This document shows, piece after piece, positions 28,348-38,237 of a stretch of DNA of 64,000 nt (positions are counted from its first letter, which is position 1; the number at the start of each line of letters is the position of its first letter). The stretch lies in assembly GCA_045578865.1 (NCBI GenBank), contig JAZNLB010000008.1, forward strand, positions 37,234 through 101,233. The letters are read 5' to 3'. Below the pieces are notes generated by a model that was given only the letters and a program-made list of their open reading frames with translations, was not told the DNA's origin and made no database searches. The stretch comes from Clostridia bacterium (GTDB taxonomy: Bacteria; Bacillota; Clostridia; UBA1381; UMGS1253). Made by a program: the position numbers and the translations under genes.

Positions 28348-30762
28348 TCATACTCCTCTGCAGTATTCGTCATGTATCCGATTCGCAAACCGCACCGCCT
28401 CCATTGCATCCTTTGCATAATGGTCTGCGCCGATGGCATCGGCATACTCCTGCGTTAACACAGCACCACCAACAATGACTCTGCAGCCGGGCACAGTTGC
28501 GCGCAGCATCTCAATCGTTTCACGCATTGCTGGCACTGTAGTCGTCATCAATGCACTAAGGCCAACCATAGGCGCATTGTTTTCTTTCACAAGAGAAACG
28601 ACCGTTTCCGGAGAAACATCGCGTCCGGCATCGATGACATCAAAACCATAGTTATCCAAAAGAACTTTTACAATATTTTTCCCTATATCGTGTATATCCC
28701 CTTTAACCGTTGCTAAAACAATCGTACACTTTTTTGTCTGTGCTTCGTTTGAAGAATTCATATGATTTTTTACTACATCAAACGCCGCTTTTGATGCTTC
28801 TGCGCTCATTAACAGTTGCGGCAAAAACATGGTTTTATCCTCAAAACCCTTTCCAACAAAGTCCAATGCAGGAATTATATCTTCGTTGATGATTTCCAAT
28901 GGTTTTTTCGCTGATAGTAATGTACGCGTACATGTCACAGCGCTATTTTTAATCCCCTTGATAATTGCATACCTCAAATCATTCGTTGATGCAGTCAAAT
29001 CAGAATCATTCTTGCTTGTATTCTCTGATGAGAACGAAACTTCAGATGCAAACTCTATGTAATTTGCACAATTTTCATCCATGCCTCGAAGTGTCATATA
29101 GGTCTTATATACTTTCATCATTTCCGCAGAGCTGGGGTTCAGAATTGCGGCATTCAAGCCTGCAGAAAGTGCCATGGCATAAAAGGTCGAATTGATTAAA
29201 TTTCTTTGCGGAAGTCCAAAAGAAATATTGGAAACGCCCAAACTGGTTTTGCATCCAAGACGCTCGGAAATCATTTTAAGCGCATCAATCGTCACATTTG
29301 CAGAATTCACATCAGCACTTATAGTCATCGCAAGTGGATCAAAAATCAGATTTTTCGGATCAATACCGTATGATTTTGCAGAATTATAAATTTTTTGAGC
29401 AACAGCAAAGCGTCCCTGCGCCGTTTCAGGTATGCCGTTTTCATCCAATGTCAACGCAACCACAACGCCGCCGTACTTTTTTACAATCGGAAAAATGGAA
29501 TCCATGCTTTCCTTTTTGCCATTAACGGAGTTAACCAAAGCCTTGCCATTATAAATACGCAATGCCTTTTCCATGGTTTGAATGTCAGATGTGTCAATCT
29601 GCAGCGGCAGAGGTAAAATCGCTTGCAATTCACGCACTGCCGTACACATCATTTCCGTTTCATTTATTTCAGGCAAACCAACATTGACATCCAAAATATG
29701 TGCACCGTTTTCCTGTTGTCGCACGCCTTCGTTTAAAATATAATCTATATTTTTCTCGCGCAGCGCCTCTTTGAACGCTTTTTTGCCGGTGGGATTGATA
29801 CGCTCGCCGATGATAATCGGACTGTCGCCAATGCAAACAGCAGATTTATATGAAGATACAAGCGTATCGGTTTTGTACGAAATATTTAAAGGCGTTATAT
29901 CCTTTGTTTTTTCAACGACTGCTTTTATGTGTTCCGGCGTTGTACCGCAACACCCTCCGACTACACGCGCACCACAATTTATAATTTCTTTGATGGCTTC
30001 AGCAAATTGTTCGGCATGAATATCATACACCGTTTCCTCACCAACCACACTCGGCAAGCCTGCATTCGGATTGACAATCACAGGCACGGATGCATATTTT
30101 AAAAGTTCACGCACAACAGGCAACATCTGCACAGGTCCTAAGCTGCAATTTACACCAAGTGCGTCTACGCCAAGTCCTTCGAGCACCGAAACCATCGCCA
30201 GCGGGTCAGCACCCGTCATCAGTTGCATATTTTCATCATACACATTGGTGACAAACACCGGCAAATCGGAGTTTTCTTTCGCAGCCAAAACCGCCGCCTT
30301 TGTTTCATAGGCGTCGTTCATGGTCTCAATTAAAATCAAATCTACACCGCAAGAAGCACCAATACGCACAACTTCGGCAAATACATCTACCGCATCCTCA
30401 AACTCCAACTCTCCTAAAGGTTTTAAAAGTTTGCCGGTAGGACCGATGTCTAAGGCGACATATTTCCCCTCAAAACCTTGAACAGCACGCTTTGCATTTT
30501 TAACCGCAGCACGAATCAGGTTTTCCACGCTGTATTCGCTATTAGTATCAACTTTCAAACGGTTAACGCCAAATGTATTCGTTGTTAAAATATCACACCC
30601 TGCCGCAAGATACGCACGATGAATGTCACAAATTTCTTGCGCGTGCGTAATATTCCAGAGTTCCGGCAATTCACCCGGCTTAAGACCGCGCGCTTGCAAC
30701 TGTGTCCCCATGGCACCGTCAAAATACAATATTCTGTTTTGCATTGCCTCCATAATTTTCAT
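28348..30762 (-). CDS. metH: Cobalamin-dependent methionine synthase lacking the reactivation domain (Hcy, pterin, cap and B12 modules)
   Basis: Hcy-binding GGCCGTTPEHI, a pterin-binding barrel, and B12 motifs DIHDIGKNIV (DxHxxG), SALMTTT and GGA. It ends after the B12 domain at 804 aa. Confidence 0.93.
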   Translation of the reverse strand: MKIMEAMQNRILYFDGAMGTQLQARGLKPGELPELWNITHAQEICDIHRAYLAAGCDILTTNTFGVNRLKVDTNSEYSVENLIRAAVKNAKRAVQGFEGKYVALDIGPTGKLLKPLGELEFEDAVDVFAEVVRIGASCGVDLILIETMNDAYETKAAVLAAKENSDLPVFVTNVYDENMQLMTGADPLAMVSVLEGLGVDALGVNCSLGPVQMLPVVRELLKYASVPVIVNPNAGLPSVVGEETVYDIHAEQFAEAIKEIINCGARVVGGCCGTTPEHIKAVVEKTKDITPLNISYKTDTLVSSYKSAVCIGDSPIIIGERINPTGKKAFKEALREKNIDYILNEGVRQQENGAHILDVNVGLPEINETEMMCTAVRELQAILPLPLQIDTSDIQTMEKALRIYNGKALVNSVNGKKESMDSIFPIVKKYGGVVVALTLDENGIPETAQGRFAVAQKIYNSAKSYGIDPKNLIFDPLAMTISADVNSANVTIDALKMISERLGCKTSLGVSNISFGLPQRNLINSTFYAMALSAGLNAAILNPSSAEMMKVYKTYMTLRGMDENCANYIEFASEVSFSSENTSKNDSDLTASTNDLRYAIIKGIKNSAVTCTRTLLSAKKPLEIINEDIIPALDFVGKGFEDKTMFLPQLLMSAEASKAAFDVVKNHMNSSNEAQTKKCTIVLATVKGDIHDIGKNIVKVLLDNYGFDVIDAGRDVSPETVVSLVKENNAPMVGLSALMTTTVPAMRETIEMLRATVPGCRVIVGGAVLTQEYADAIGADHYAKDAMEAVRFANRIHDEYCRGV

Positions 30763-31451
30763 CTTTTATCATCCTTACGAAAAGTACAATTTGAATTTTT
30801 GCATTCTGTGCATTTGTTGGGCAAGCACAATTCCTGCCTACACACGCCGACAAATGCCGTTACGGATTTGCTTGGCAGCATCATGTGTGCATCCGTGAGC
30901 GTCAGTCCGATTTTTCTTTGACTGTCAAGCGTTTGCAAAATCTGTTTTTGATATTCTAAAGATAAATCTTCATAACCGGCGCTGAATCTCGGTTTTAAAA
31001 ACAAACCTTGCGTTTGTGCATGTTTTTCAAACACTTCCAGGCACAACAAGTCACAATAAGCTTCTATCATAGCAGCACCTGCTGCTTGCAAAGCAAGTGC
31101 CTTGCTGGCCGCAATTTTACTTGCACGCGCAATTTCTCGATCCAAATCTATCCCGGCAGTGGCCGCAAGCATAAAAACGAAATCACATTCTTGTAAATAT
31201 AATGAAAATGCCTTTGACTGAACCTTAAACGCACCTAAATCCACAACAGCATTCCTTTCAAATCGCGGTTTGCATAAGATATAAGCCGCTTTGCATCTCG
31301 CAACCTTTAAAGCCGTATCCATCGCACTTAGCGCAAGCGAAATGACTTGTGTTTCTCTTGTGCTCGGACTGCCCATGTACCGAAGCACTTCGTCGAGTGA
31401 AATGCATGGCTTCTTGGTTGATGTATGAATATAAACGGGAGAAATCTCCAT
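30759..31451 (-). CDS. Stand-alone methionine synthase activation (AdoMet-binding) domain protein with a Cys-rich tail
   Basis: 230 aa, translationally coupled to metH (ATGA overlap). Size and position match the separate MetH activation subunit of Clostridia and Thermotoga. The C-terminus is CRQELCLPNKCTECKNSNC. Confidence 0.7.
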   Translation of the reverse strand: MEISPVYIHTSTKKPCISLDEVLRYMGSPSTRETQVISLALSAMDTALKVARCKAAYILCKPRFERNAVVDLGAFKVQSKAFSLYLQECDFVFMLAATAGIDLDREIARASKIAASKALALQAAGAAMIEAYCDLLCLEVFEKHAQTQGLFLKPRFSAGYEDLSLEYQKQILQTLDSQRKIGLTLTDAHMMLPSKSVTAFVGVCRQELCLPNKCTECKNSNCTFRKDDKR

Positions 31452-31465
31452 TATTCTATCCCCTG

Positions 31466-32326
31466 TTATCGAATAATCTCAGAAATATTTTTCTGAATCT
31501 TTTCTGCAACCTCCGGCTTATTCATGGAGTATACATGAACAGCATTAATTCCGTTTGACAGCAAATCAATAATTTGATCTGTTGCATACGCAACGCCGGC
31601 TTGCAGCATAGCCTCCGGCCGATCACCGTATTTATCCACAATAGATTTAAATCGCTGCGGTAAGTATGTACCGGAAAGGGCACAAATTCGACTGATTTGC
31701 TTGCCGTTTGTCACCGGCATAATTCCGGCAACAATCGGCACCGTAATTCCGGCCTCTCTAATCTTATACATAAAATTATATAAAATATTGTTATCAAAAA
31801 ACATCTGTGTCGTTAAAAATTCGCAACCGGCGTCCACTTTACGCTTAAGATTTAAGATGTCCTCTTTAGAGCATTTTGACTCCGTGTGCCCCTCGGGATA
31901 ACAAGCACCCCCGATACAAAAATCGCCAAGCTCCTTGATGTCCGCAATCAAATCGCTTGCATAATGGTAGGTGCTTTCTTTTGTATTGTACCCATCCGGA
32001 ATGTCACCGCGCAAAGCCAAAATGTTCTTAATCCCTTTCGCTTTCAGTTTGCTAAGTTGTGCGTGCACCATTTCTTTATCTGAAGAAATACATGTCAGAT
32101 GTGCAAGCGGTGTAACCCCTTGTCGAAAAACAGTTTCAGCCATATCAACGGTGTATTGGCTTGTGCCGCCGCCCGCGCCGTAGGTTACACTCATAAAACT
32201 TGGCTTTAACCGGGCAATTTTTTCTACTGCATTTTTAACGCTCCCGTATGTAGTGTCCGTTTTCGGCGGAAACACCTCGAAAGATAATGTGGGTTTGTCT
32301 TGTTTAAATAGCTCCGAAATTTTCAT
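31466..32326 (-). CDS. metF: Methylenetetrahydrofolate reductase
   Basis: MKISELFKQDKPTLSFEVFPPKT at the N-terminus. ATG 32326 follows AGAGGTG. The track start at 32401 is an in-frame TTG extension. Confidence 0.9.
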   Translation of the reverse strand: MKISELFKQDKPTLSFEVFPPKTDTTYGSVKNAVEKIARLKPSFMSVTYGAGGGTSQYTVDMAETVFRQGVTPLAHLTCISSDKEMVHAQLSKLKAKGIKNILALRGDIPDGYNTKESTYHYASDLIADIKELGDFCIGGACYPEGHTESKCSKEDILNLKRKVDAGCEFLTTQMFFDNNILYNFMYKIREAGITVPIVAGIMPVTNGKQISRICALSGTYLPQRFKSIVDKYGDRPEAMLQAGVAYATDQIIDLLSNGINAVHVYSMNKPEVAEKIQKNISEIIR

Positions 32327-32448
32327 ATCTGCACCTCTGACCAAATCCTGATTTTTACACAAATACTTTCTAATATAACTCATTAAGTATACTTCTTTCA
32401 AAGCAGAACCTTGTTTTTGCTTTGAATTACATTTTAAAACTTATGCAT

Positions 32449-32477
32449 ATTTTATCATATTAAACAAGAAAATACAA
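32449..32477 (-). promoter_or_regulatory. Candidate sigma-A promoter for metF-metH
   Basis: On the minus strand, TTGTAT, 17-nt spacer, TAAAAT, with an extended -10 TGa. Confidence 0.4.
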
Positions 32478-32519
32478 CATTTTGGAAAAATACTTTTATA
32501 AAATAATCTCGGCAAAACA

Positions 32520-32550
32520 GAAAAATCGGATATGCGTTTGCATACCCGAT
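32520..32550 (-). terminator. Intrinsic terminator after kdgK
   Basis: ATCGGGTATGC-AAAC-GCATATCCGAT followed by TTTTT on the minus strand. Confidence 0.75.
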
Positions 32551-32565
32551 TAAATAATTTTATAT

Positions 32566-33597
32566 TTATCTCTGCACGCGGCCCGAACCGTCACCGCCAG
32601 CGAGATTTTCAACATCTGCCCTGGAAACGAGATTAAAGTCGCCCGGAATTGTGTGCTTGAGCGCAGATGCCGCAACACCGAACTCAAGCGCATCTTTAAA
32701 GTTCTTACCGTCAACAAAGCCGCAAATTACACCGCCTGCAAAGGAATCGCCGCCGCCCACACGGTCAACAATCGGAGAAATTCTATACTTTTTGGAATGG
32801 TAAAACTCCTTGGTTTCGCTGCAGTAAATGCATGCAGACCATCCGTTGTCGGACGCAGAGAAACTTTCGCGCAGAGAACTGATTACATACTTAAAATTAA
32901 ACTTCGCAACCATCTGCTGGAAAATATCTTTGTAGCCTGCAAGTTCAAGTTCGCCGCTGGTAACATCCGTGTTGCCCGGTTTAAATCCAAGTACTTTTTC
33001 AGCATCTTCCTCATTGCCGATACATACATCAACATACTGCATCAGGTTTGTCATAACCTTCTGTGCCTTTTCACTCGACCAAAGCTTCTTTCTAAAGTTC
33101 AAGTCAACAGAAACCGTGATACCTTTTGCTTTTGCAGCTTTAAGCGCAATCTCGGTAAGTTCTGCAGCCGCATCAGATACTGCCGGTGTGATACCTGTAA
33201 AGTGGAACCAGTCAGCACCTTCGAAAATCTTATCAAAATCAAAATCCGCAGCCGAAGCCGTAGCAATAGAAGAATTTGCGCGGTCATAAACAACGGCAGA
33301 TGCTCTCATCGCTGCACCGGTCTCCAGAAAATAAATACCGAGTCTATCACCGCCGCGAGCAATGTTCTTGGTTTCCACATTCATTTTTCTGAGTGCTGCA
33401 ACAGCACACTCACCAATTGGATTTGCCGGAACCTTGGTTACGAACTCAACATCGTGACCATAGTTTGCAAGCGAAACAGCAACATTCGCCTCGCCGCCGC
33501 CATAGCAAACATCAAATTCGTCTGCTTGGATAAACTTTTCATTGTTCGGGGTAGAGAGTCTTAACATAATCTCGCCCATTGTAACTATCTTTGCCAT
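32566..33597 (-). CDS. kdgK: 2-dehydro-3-deoxygluconokinase (PfkB family)
   Basis: MGEIMLRLSTP N-terminus and the GGGDSFAGG anion hole. It is adjacent to eda. Confidence 0.85.
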   Translation of the reverse strand: MAKIVTMGEIMLRLSTPNNEKFIQADEFDVCYGGGEANVAVSLANYGHDVEFVTKVPANPIGECAVAALRKMNVETKNIARGGDRLGIYFLETGAAMRASAVVYDRANSSIATASAADFDFDKIFEGADWFHFTGITPAVSDAAAELTEIALKAAKAKGITVSVDLNFRKKLWSSEKAQKVMTNLMQYVDVCIGNEEDAEKVLGFKPGNTDVTSGELELAGYKDIFQQMVAKFNFKYVISSLRESFSASDNGWSACIYCSETKEFYHSKKYRISPIVDRVGGGDSFAGGVICGFVDGKNFKDALEFGVAASALKHTIPGDFNLVSRADVENLAGGDGSGRVQR

Positions 33598-33633
33598 TAT
33601 GTATACTTCCTTTCTCTTGTTAAACTAAGAAAA

Positions 33634-34281
33634 TCATTTTGCTGCGCGAGCCGCCTTAATATTTTCAATAAACTGCTTGCCGATTCTTGTGATGCTTGCG
33701 TAATCGCCAGTCTTTGCACCGCCGGTCAAACAACCGCCTGCACCAACCGCCACAGCACCGGCTTTTATCCATTCGCCCACATTATCTACATCCACACCAC
33801 CGGTCGGCATAAACTTTGCCTGCGGAATCGGACCGTGAATCGCTTTAATCATCTTCGGCCCCATGGTATCGCCCGGGAAGAGCTTAATAATATCGCAACC
33901 TGCTTCCATAGCCGCTACAGTTTCCTTGATGGTCATAACGCCCGGCATATATGGTATTCTGTAACGGTTACAAAGTTTTGCTGTTTCCAAATCAAAGTAC
34001 GGGCTTACAATATACTGTGCACCTGCTAAAATTGCAATTCTTGCAGTTTCAGAGTCCATAACCGTTCCTGCGCCAAGGATAATTTGGTCTGGGGAATAAG
34101 TGTTTGCGACTTCGCTGATTACTTTATCCGCAGACGGAACCGTAAATGTCATTTCGATTGCAGCAACGCCACCTTCAATACAAGCGTCCGTAATTCTCTT
34201 TGCTTGCTGTGCCGATGTTGCACGAACAACTGCAACCAAGCCAACCTCTTGTATTTTTTGTAATACTGTCTCTTTATCCAT
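33634..34281 (-). CDS. eda: KDPG / 4-hydroxy-2-oxoglutarate aldolase
   Basis: VVRATSAQQA...IEMTF...GAGTV...KLFPG pattern, about 215 aa. ATG 34281 follows AAAGGAG. Confidence 0.88.
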   Translation of the reverse strand: MDKETVLQKIQEVGLVAVVRATSAQQAKRITDACIEGGVAAIEMTFTVPSADKVISEVANTYSPDQIILGAGTVMDSETARIAILAGAQYIVSPYFDLETAKLCNRYRIPYMPGVMTIKETVAAMEAGCDIIKLFPGDTMGPKMIKAIHGPIPQAKFMPTGGVDVDNVGEWIKAGAVAVGAGGCLTGGAKTGDYASITRIGKQFIENIKAARAAK

Positions 34282-34386
34282 ATCACATACTCCTTTTTTA
34301 TCGGACATGCCGAACATTATTATGCGAAATAATTATACTACATTTTAAATAAATTTGCAACCAAATTTTCGCACAATAATAATTTA

Positions 34387-35439
34387 TTATGATTTATTCA
34401 TTTTAATTAATTTTAGACGCAAATAGAACAAGTACATTATAAACGGCAAACCCAAATATCCGAAAAACGAATACAAAAAACGAACAATTTCGGTAAATTC
34501 AAGCATACAAATCGGCACTGCGGCGAGCATTAGCACGAATACCGCTCCCCGTGTAGTCATGTGGTATCTTGTTTTTAAAAAATCAAGCGCACCATATCCG
34601 CAACCCAAAGCTGTTGTGAGCACAGAAAACATTAACATGAATGAATATATCGCCGTATATGCTCTTCCGCTGCGCTCAACAATATCATAAAGCGGTATAT
34701 CACCGAGCATAATCTTGTTTTTGTAGATGCCGAGCACAAACCAAATGCAAATCGCCAATCCAGTAAGCATACCCGATGTTAATAAACAAGAAATTTTAAT
34801 TTCCTTTTCATTTTTGCAATAACTCCCCATAGAACAAAGCACAACCAATACAGACAAAAGATTATACGAAACATATACTCCCCCATCCGTTAAACTTGCA
34901 GCTGCTTTTTTATAATAATGCTCATAGGCAAATGTCTGAACATCCCGATATAAAATGCCGTGAACACATACAAGAAAAATACCTATGCAAATCAGCGGCG
35001 CAAGATATAAGTTTACCTTTGCTACCCCACATATATCGTTTAGCAAAACTATTGTGCATACAAAAAACAAGCAAAAAACGCCAACCATGCGCGGAATATG
35101 GAAGGATTGTAAAAACAAAGCTCCCGTTGCCGATGCCATCGCGCACAAACCGCAAAAGGAAAATGCCGCTACGCATGCCTCGATTAAATATTTGGCACAT
35201 GGAGAATGAATATAGTCTAAAAATTCATTAAAACCGTTAACGGAATTTCTGTGATTAAACAGCAAAACCGTTTCAAAAACCATATAAAACAAAATAAACA
35301 CAAATAAAAGTCCGACTGCGCCCCATTTCCCGTGCACAGAAAAGAAGGAAAAAATCTCCTGTCCAGTTGCAAATCCGGCGCCTATCACCGTTGCAACAAT
35401 TGTAGTAGACAACATGAATATATCTTTGAATTTTCTCAT
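34387..35439 (-). CDS. YkvI-family membrane transporter-like protein
   Basis: The N-terminus TIVATVIGAGFATGQEIFSFF is typical of the YkvI family. About 11 TM segments. ATG 35439 follows GGAGG. Confidence 0.7.
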   Translation of the reverse strand: MRKFKDIFMLSTTIVATVIGAGFATGQEIFSFFSVHGKWGAVGLLFVFILFYMVFETVLLFNHRNSVNGFNEFLDYIHSPCAKYLIEACVAAFSFCGLCAMASATGALFLQSFHIPRMVGVFCLFFVCTIVLLNDICGVAKVNLYLAPLICIGIFLVCVHGILYRDVQTFAYEHYYKKAAASLTDGGVYVSYNLLSVLVVLCSMGSYCKNEKEIKISCLLTSGMLTGLAICIWFVLGIYKNKIMLGDIPLYDIVERSGRAYTAIYSFMLMFSVLTTALGCGYGALDFLKTRYHMTTRGAVFVLMLAAVPICMLEFTEIVRFLYSFFGYLGLPFIMYLFYLRLKLIKMNKS

Positions 35440-35479
35440 AAATTTTCCTCCAAAATCCGCACACATAAAACACACAAAG

Positions 35480-35488
35480 CATACGATA
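35480..35488 (+). promoter_or_regulatory. Possible sigma-K-type -10 element (CATAnnnTA) ahead of dpaA
   Basis: CATACGATA lies 29 nt upstream of the dpaA ATG. B. subtilis spoVF is sigma-K dependent. The match is short, so support is weak. Confidence 0.3.
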
Positions 35489-35516
35489 TACCAAAACATA
35501 ACAAGGAGCGAAACCT

Positions 35517-36389
35517 ATGTCCAGCAAAAGAACATTTACAGTAATCGGCGGTGATGCTCGAACCGTTCAGCTGGCAAACCTACTGCAAAACGACGGAAAT
35601 ATGGTTACTGTTTACGGAATATACAACCACCCGGATTTACAAACTCCTTGCAGTGCTGATCCGGCGCAAGCCATTTGTGACGGCGATATAATCCTTTTTC
35701 CGTTGCCCATGCTCAACAAAGACGGCAATATAACTGCGCCTTATTGCCATGCGCCTATTCGACTCAATGACTTACTACGATATGTTTCCAAAGACAAAAT
35801 CGTACTTGCAGGAAACATTACACCTGTAGCAAAAAAGGAATTTGAGCTTTGCAATGTGCAAGCGATAGATTATTTTGAGCGCGAAGATCTTACGGTAACA
35901 AATGCAATGCTAACTGCAGAAGGCGCCATGCAAACATTATTAAACAACTACACAGATACACTCACGGGCGCGAGAATTCTATTGCTGGGTTATGGCCGAA
36001 TCGGCAAGTTTATGATTAAACTTTTAACCGCATTCGGCAGTCAAATCACAGTGGCCGGTCGGCGAAGCGATACGCGTGCATGGATAGAATGCTTAGGTTT
36101 AAACTATGTTGATATTGCTGCAGATGAAACTTATACAGACGCATATGACATCATTATAAATACCGTACCACATACAATTATTACTGCCAATCGAATAGAA
36201 GCACTTTCCGAAAAATGTATAATTTTAGACTTGGCATCGGGCACCGGCGGTACAGATTTTATACACGCACAAAAATGCGGAATACACGCAATACATGCAC
36301 TTTCCCTCCCGGGAAAAGCAACGCCATTGGCAGCAGGTGCAGCTATCAAAAATGCAGTAACAGAAATTTGCAATGATTTGGGGGTGTAG
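35517..36389 (+). CDS. dpaA: Dipicolinate synthase subunit A
   Basis: FTVIGGDARTVQLANLL N-terminus and a second Rossmann GYGRIG. It is followed directly by dpaB. Confidence 0.88.
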   Translation: MSSKRTFTVIGGDARTVQLANLLQNDGNMVTVYGIYNHPDLQTPCSADPAQAICDGDIILFPLPMLNKDGNITAPYCHAPIRLNDLLRYVSKDKIVLAGNITPVAKKEFELCNVQAIDYFEREDLTVTNAMLTAEGAMQTLLNNYTDTLTGARILLLGYGRIGKFMIKLLTAFGSQITVAGRRSDTRAWIECLGLNYVDIAADETYTDAYDIIINTVPHTIITANRIEALSEKCIILDLASGTGGTDFIHAQKCGIHAIHALSLPGKATPLAAGAAIKNAVTEICNDLGV

Positions 36390-36391
36390 AT

Positions 36392-36976
36392 ATGGAATTA
36401 ACAAATAAAAGAATCGGTTTTGCACTTACGGGTTCTTTTTGCACATTCAGCAGCGTACTTAAGCAACTTTTAGCTTTAGCACAAACGGGTGCTAAAATCA
36501 CACCAATCATGAGTGACGCAGCTTATACCTATGATACGCGTTTCGGCAAAGCAACTGATATACAAAATGAAATCAAAAATATTTGCGAAAATGAAATTGT
36601 ACATACAATTTTTGATGCAGAACCAATCGGTCCCAAAAAGCTTTTGGATTTACTCATCATCGCGCCTTGTACCGGGAATACACTCGGAAAACTTGCCTGC
36701 GGTATTACGGATACGCCCGTGACCATGGCAGCAAAGGCGCATTTACGCAACGAAAGGCCTGTTTTAATCGCACTGTCTACAAACGATGCCCTGGGCGCAT
36801 CCGGGAAAAACATTATGACTTTAATGAACAACAAAAATTATTTCTTTGTTCCGTTCGGTCAAGATGATGCATTTAGCAAACACAAATCTCTGGTAGCAGA
36901 CATGACAAAAATCATTCCCTCGGCTAAATTCGCATTAGAAGGCATACAAATGCAACCGCTACTGATAAGACAATAG
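36392..36976 (+). CDS. dpaB: Dipicolinate synthase subunit B (flavoprotein)
   Basis: RIGFALTGSFCTF N-terminus and APCTGNTLGKLA. 194 aa. Confidence 0.88.
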   Translation: MELTNKRIGFALTGSFCTFSSVLKQLLALAQTGAKITPIMSDAAYTYDTRFGKATDIQNEIKNICENEIVHTIFDAEPIGPKKLLDLLIIAPCTGNTLGKLACGITDTPVTMAAKAHLRNERPVLIALSTNDALGASGKNIMTLMNNKNYFFVPFGQDDAFSKHKSLVADMTKIIPSAKFALEGIQMQPLLIRQ

Positions 36977-36989
36977 TATATAATCTTAG

Positions 36990-38141
36990 TTAGACGCACA
37001 AATTCACCCATGATCTCAACACTTTTGTTAACAAATTTATGTAGCCGAGTTTCTCAACTCCGTGTGCAGCTATCAAGGATACGACACCAATTTCCTTTCC
37101 GTTTTCATATACCGTTACAGCGCCGAGTTTTTCTCCTTTTACAATCGGCGCTTTTTTAACAGGCTCAAAAGAGACTTTTGTCTCCACATTCGCTTCTTCT
37201 CCTTTTTTTAGCAAATGTGCAAAATCACTTTCTGCTAAAATTTGTACACTTTCAAGTGCACCTTTTTCAACATGCACTTCCCCCATGACTGCATCTTTTT
37301 CTACCAATTTTGTAATTTTGTAATTTGCAAAACCATAGTCAAGTAATTTCGACGCATCCGAAAATCGTTTTGGCGAAGTGGGCGCACCCAGAACAACGGC
37401 AACAAGTTGCATGCCATCACGCATTGCCGATGCCGATAAGCAAAACAACGCGTCATTGGTTGATCCCGTTTTTAGCCCGTTTGCACCTTTATAAAATCTT
37501 ATTAACTTGTTTGTGTTCGCCAGTTGAAATTTCCCGTCACGCAAGCTATCTAACCAAATTGTCGTAAAATCTAATATCTTTGGATGCTTCAAAAGCTCGC
37601 GTGACATAATTGCGATATCACGCGCCGTTGAATAGTGTCCGGCTTCATCGAGCCCATTTGTATTTTTAAATACAGTATTCTTCATTCCAAGTTCGATAGC
37701 GCGCGTATTCATTTTTTCAACAAAAGCCGTTACACTTCCGCAGATATGCTCAGCCATAGCTACACACGCGTCATTGGCAGAAGCAACCGCAATGCCTTTA
37801 AGCATATCTCGAACCGACAAACTTTCTCCGGAATCTAAATAAATTGTCGAACCTCCCATGCTCTTAGCATATTCACTGCCGGTTACCATTTCATCCATGC
37901 TGATTTTCCCACTGTCTATTGCTTCCATAATCAGTAACATGGTCATAATTTTTGTAACACTTGCCATCGGCCGTGGAACATCGGCATCTTTTTCATATAT
38001 AACACGGCCTGTATCAGATTCAACCAAGATTGCAGACGGACATGTTAGTTCCGGCAAAGCATCAGTGGCGCTTACTCCGATAGGGTTATGCCCAAAAACC
38101 AAAGAAATCAACAAGAAAATTACAATCGTCTTTTTCACCAT
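36990..38141 (-). CDS. D-alanyl-D-alanine carboxypeptidase (S11, PBP5/DacB-like)
   Basis: Signal peptide, SxxK (ASVTKIMT), SxN region and KTG (LKTGST). It has a C-terminal beta-sandwich domain. Confidence 0.88.
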   Translation of the reverse strand: MVKKTIVIFLLISLVFGHNPIGVSATDALPELTCPSAILVESDTGRVIYEKDADVPRPMASVTKIMTMLLIMEAIDSGKISMDEMVTGSEYAKSMGGSTIYLDSGESLSVRDMLKGIAVASANDACVAMAEHICGSVTAFVEKMNTRAIELGMKNTVFKNTNGLDEAGHYSTARDIAIMSRELLKHPKILDFTTIWLDSLRDGKFQLANTNKLIRFYKGANGLKTGSTNDALFCLSASAMRDGMQLVAVVLGAPTSPKRFSDASKLLDYGFANYKITKLVEKDAVMGEVHVEKGALESVQILAESDFAHLLKKGEEANVETKVSFEPVKKAPIVKGEKLGAVTVYENGKEIGVVSLIAAHGVEKLGYINLLTKVLRSWVNLCV

Positions 38142-38199
38142 TTCACCGCCTCCTTGTTGTATAGTTATATGACAAGTTTTTCGCTAAAATGCTCATAAA

Positions 38200-38235
38200 A
38201 AAAATCCCGCAACACAAAGAGTATTGCAGGATGTG
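38200..38235 (-). terminator. Intrinsic terminator after the deacetylase gene
   Basis: ATCCTGCAA...TTGCGGGAT followed by TTTTTTTT on the minus strand. Confidence 0.6.
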
Positions 38236-38237
38236 AA

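Noticed and set aside
32327-32448. Possible SAM, cobalamin or THF riboswitch in the metF leader
   Set aside because: The roughly 115-nt leader is AT-rich with only one weak 7-bp hairpin. None of the conserved cores of S-box, B12-box or THF elements is present.
32653-33564. 303-aa ORF on the plus strand
   Set aside because: It is antisense to kdgK, with an Arg/Cys/Asn-rich nonsense-like composition. The kdgK frame has clear PfkB motifs.
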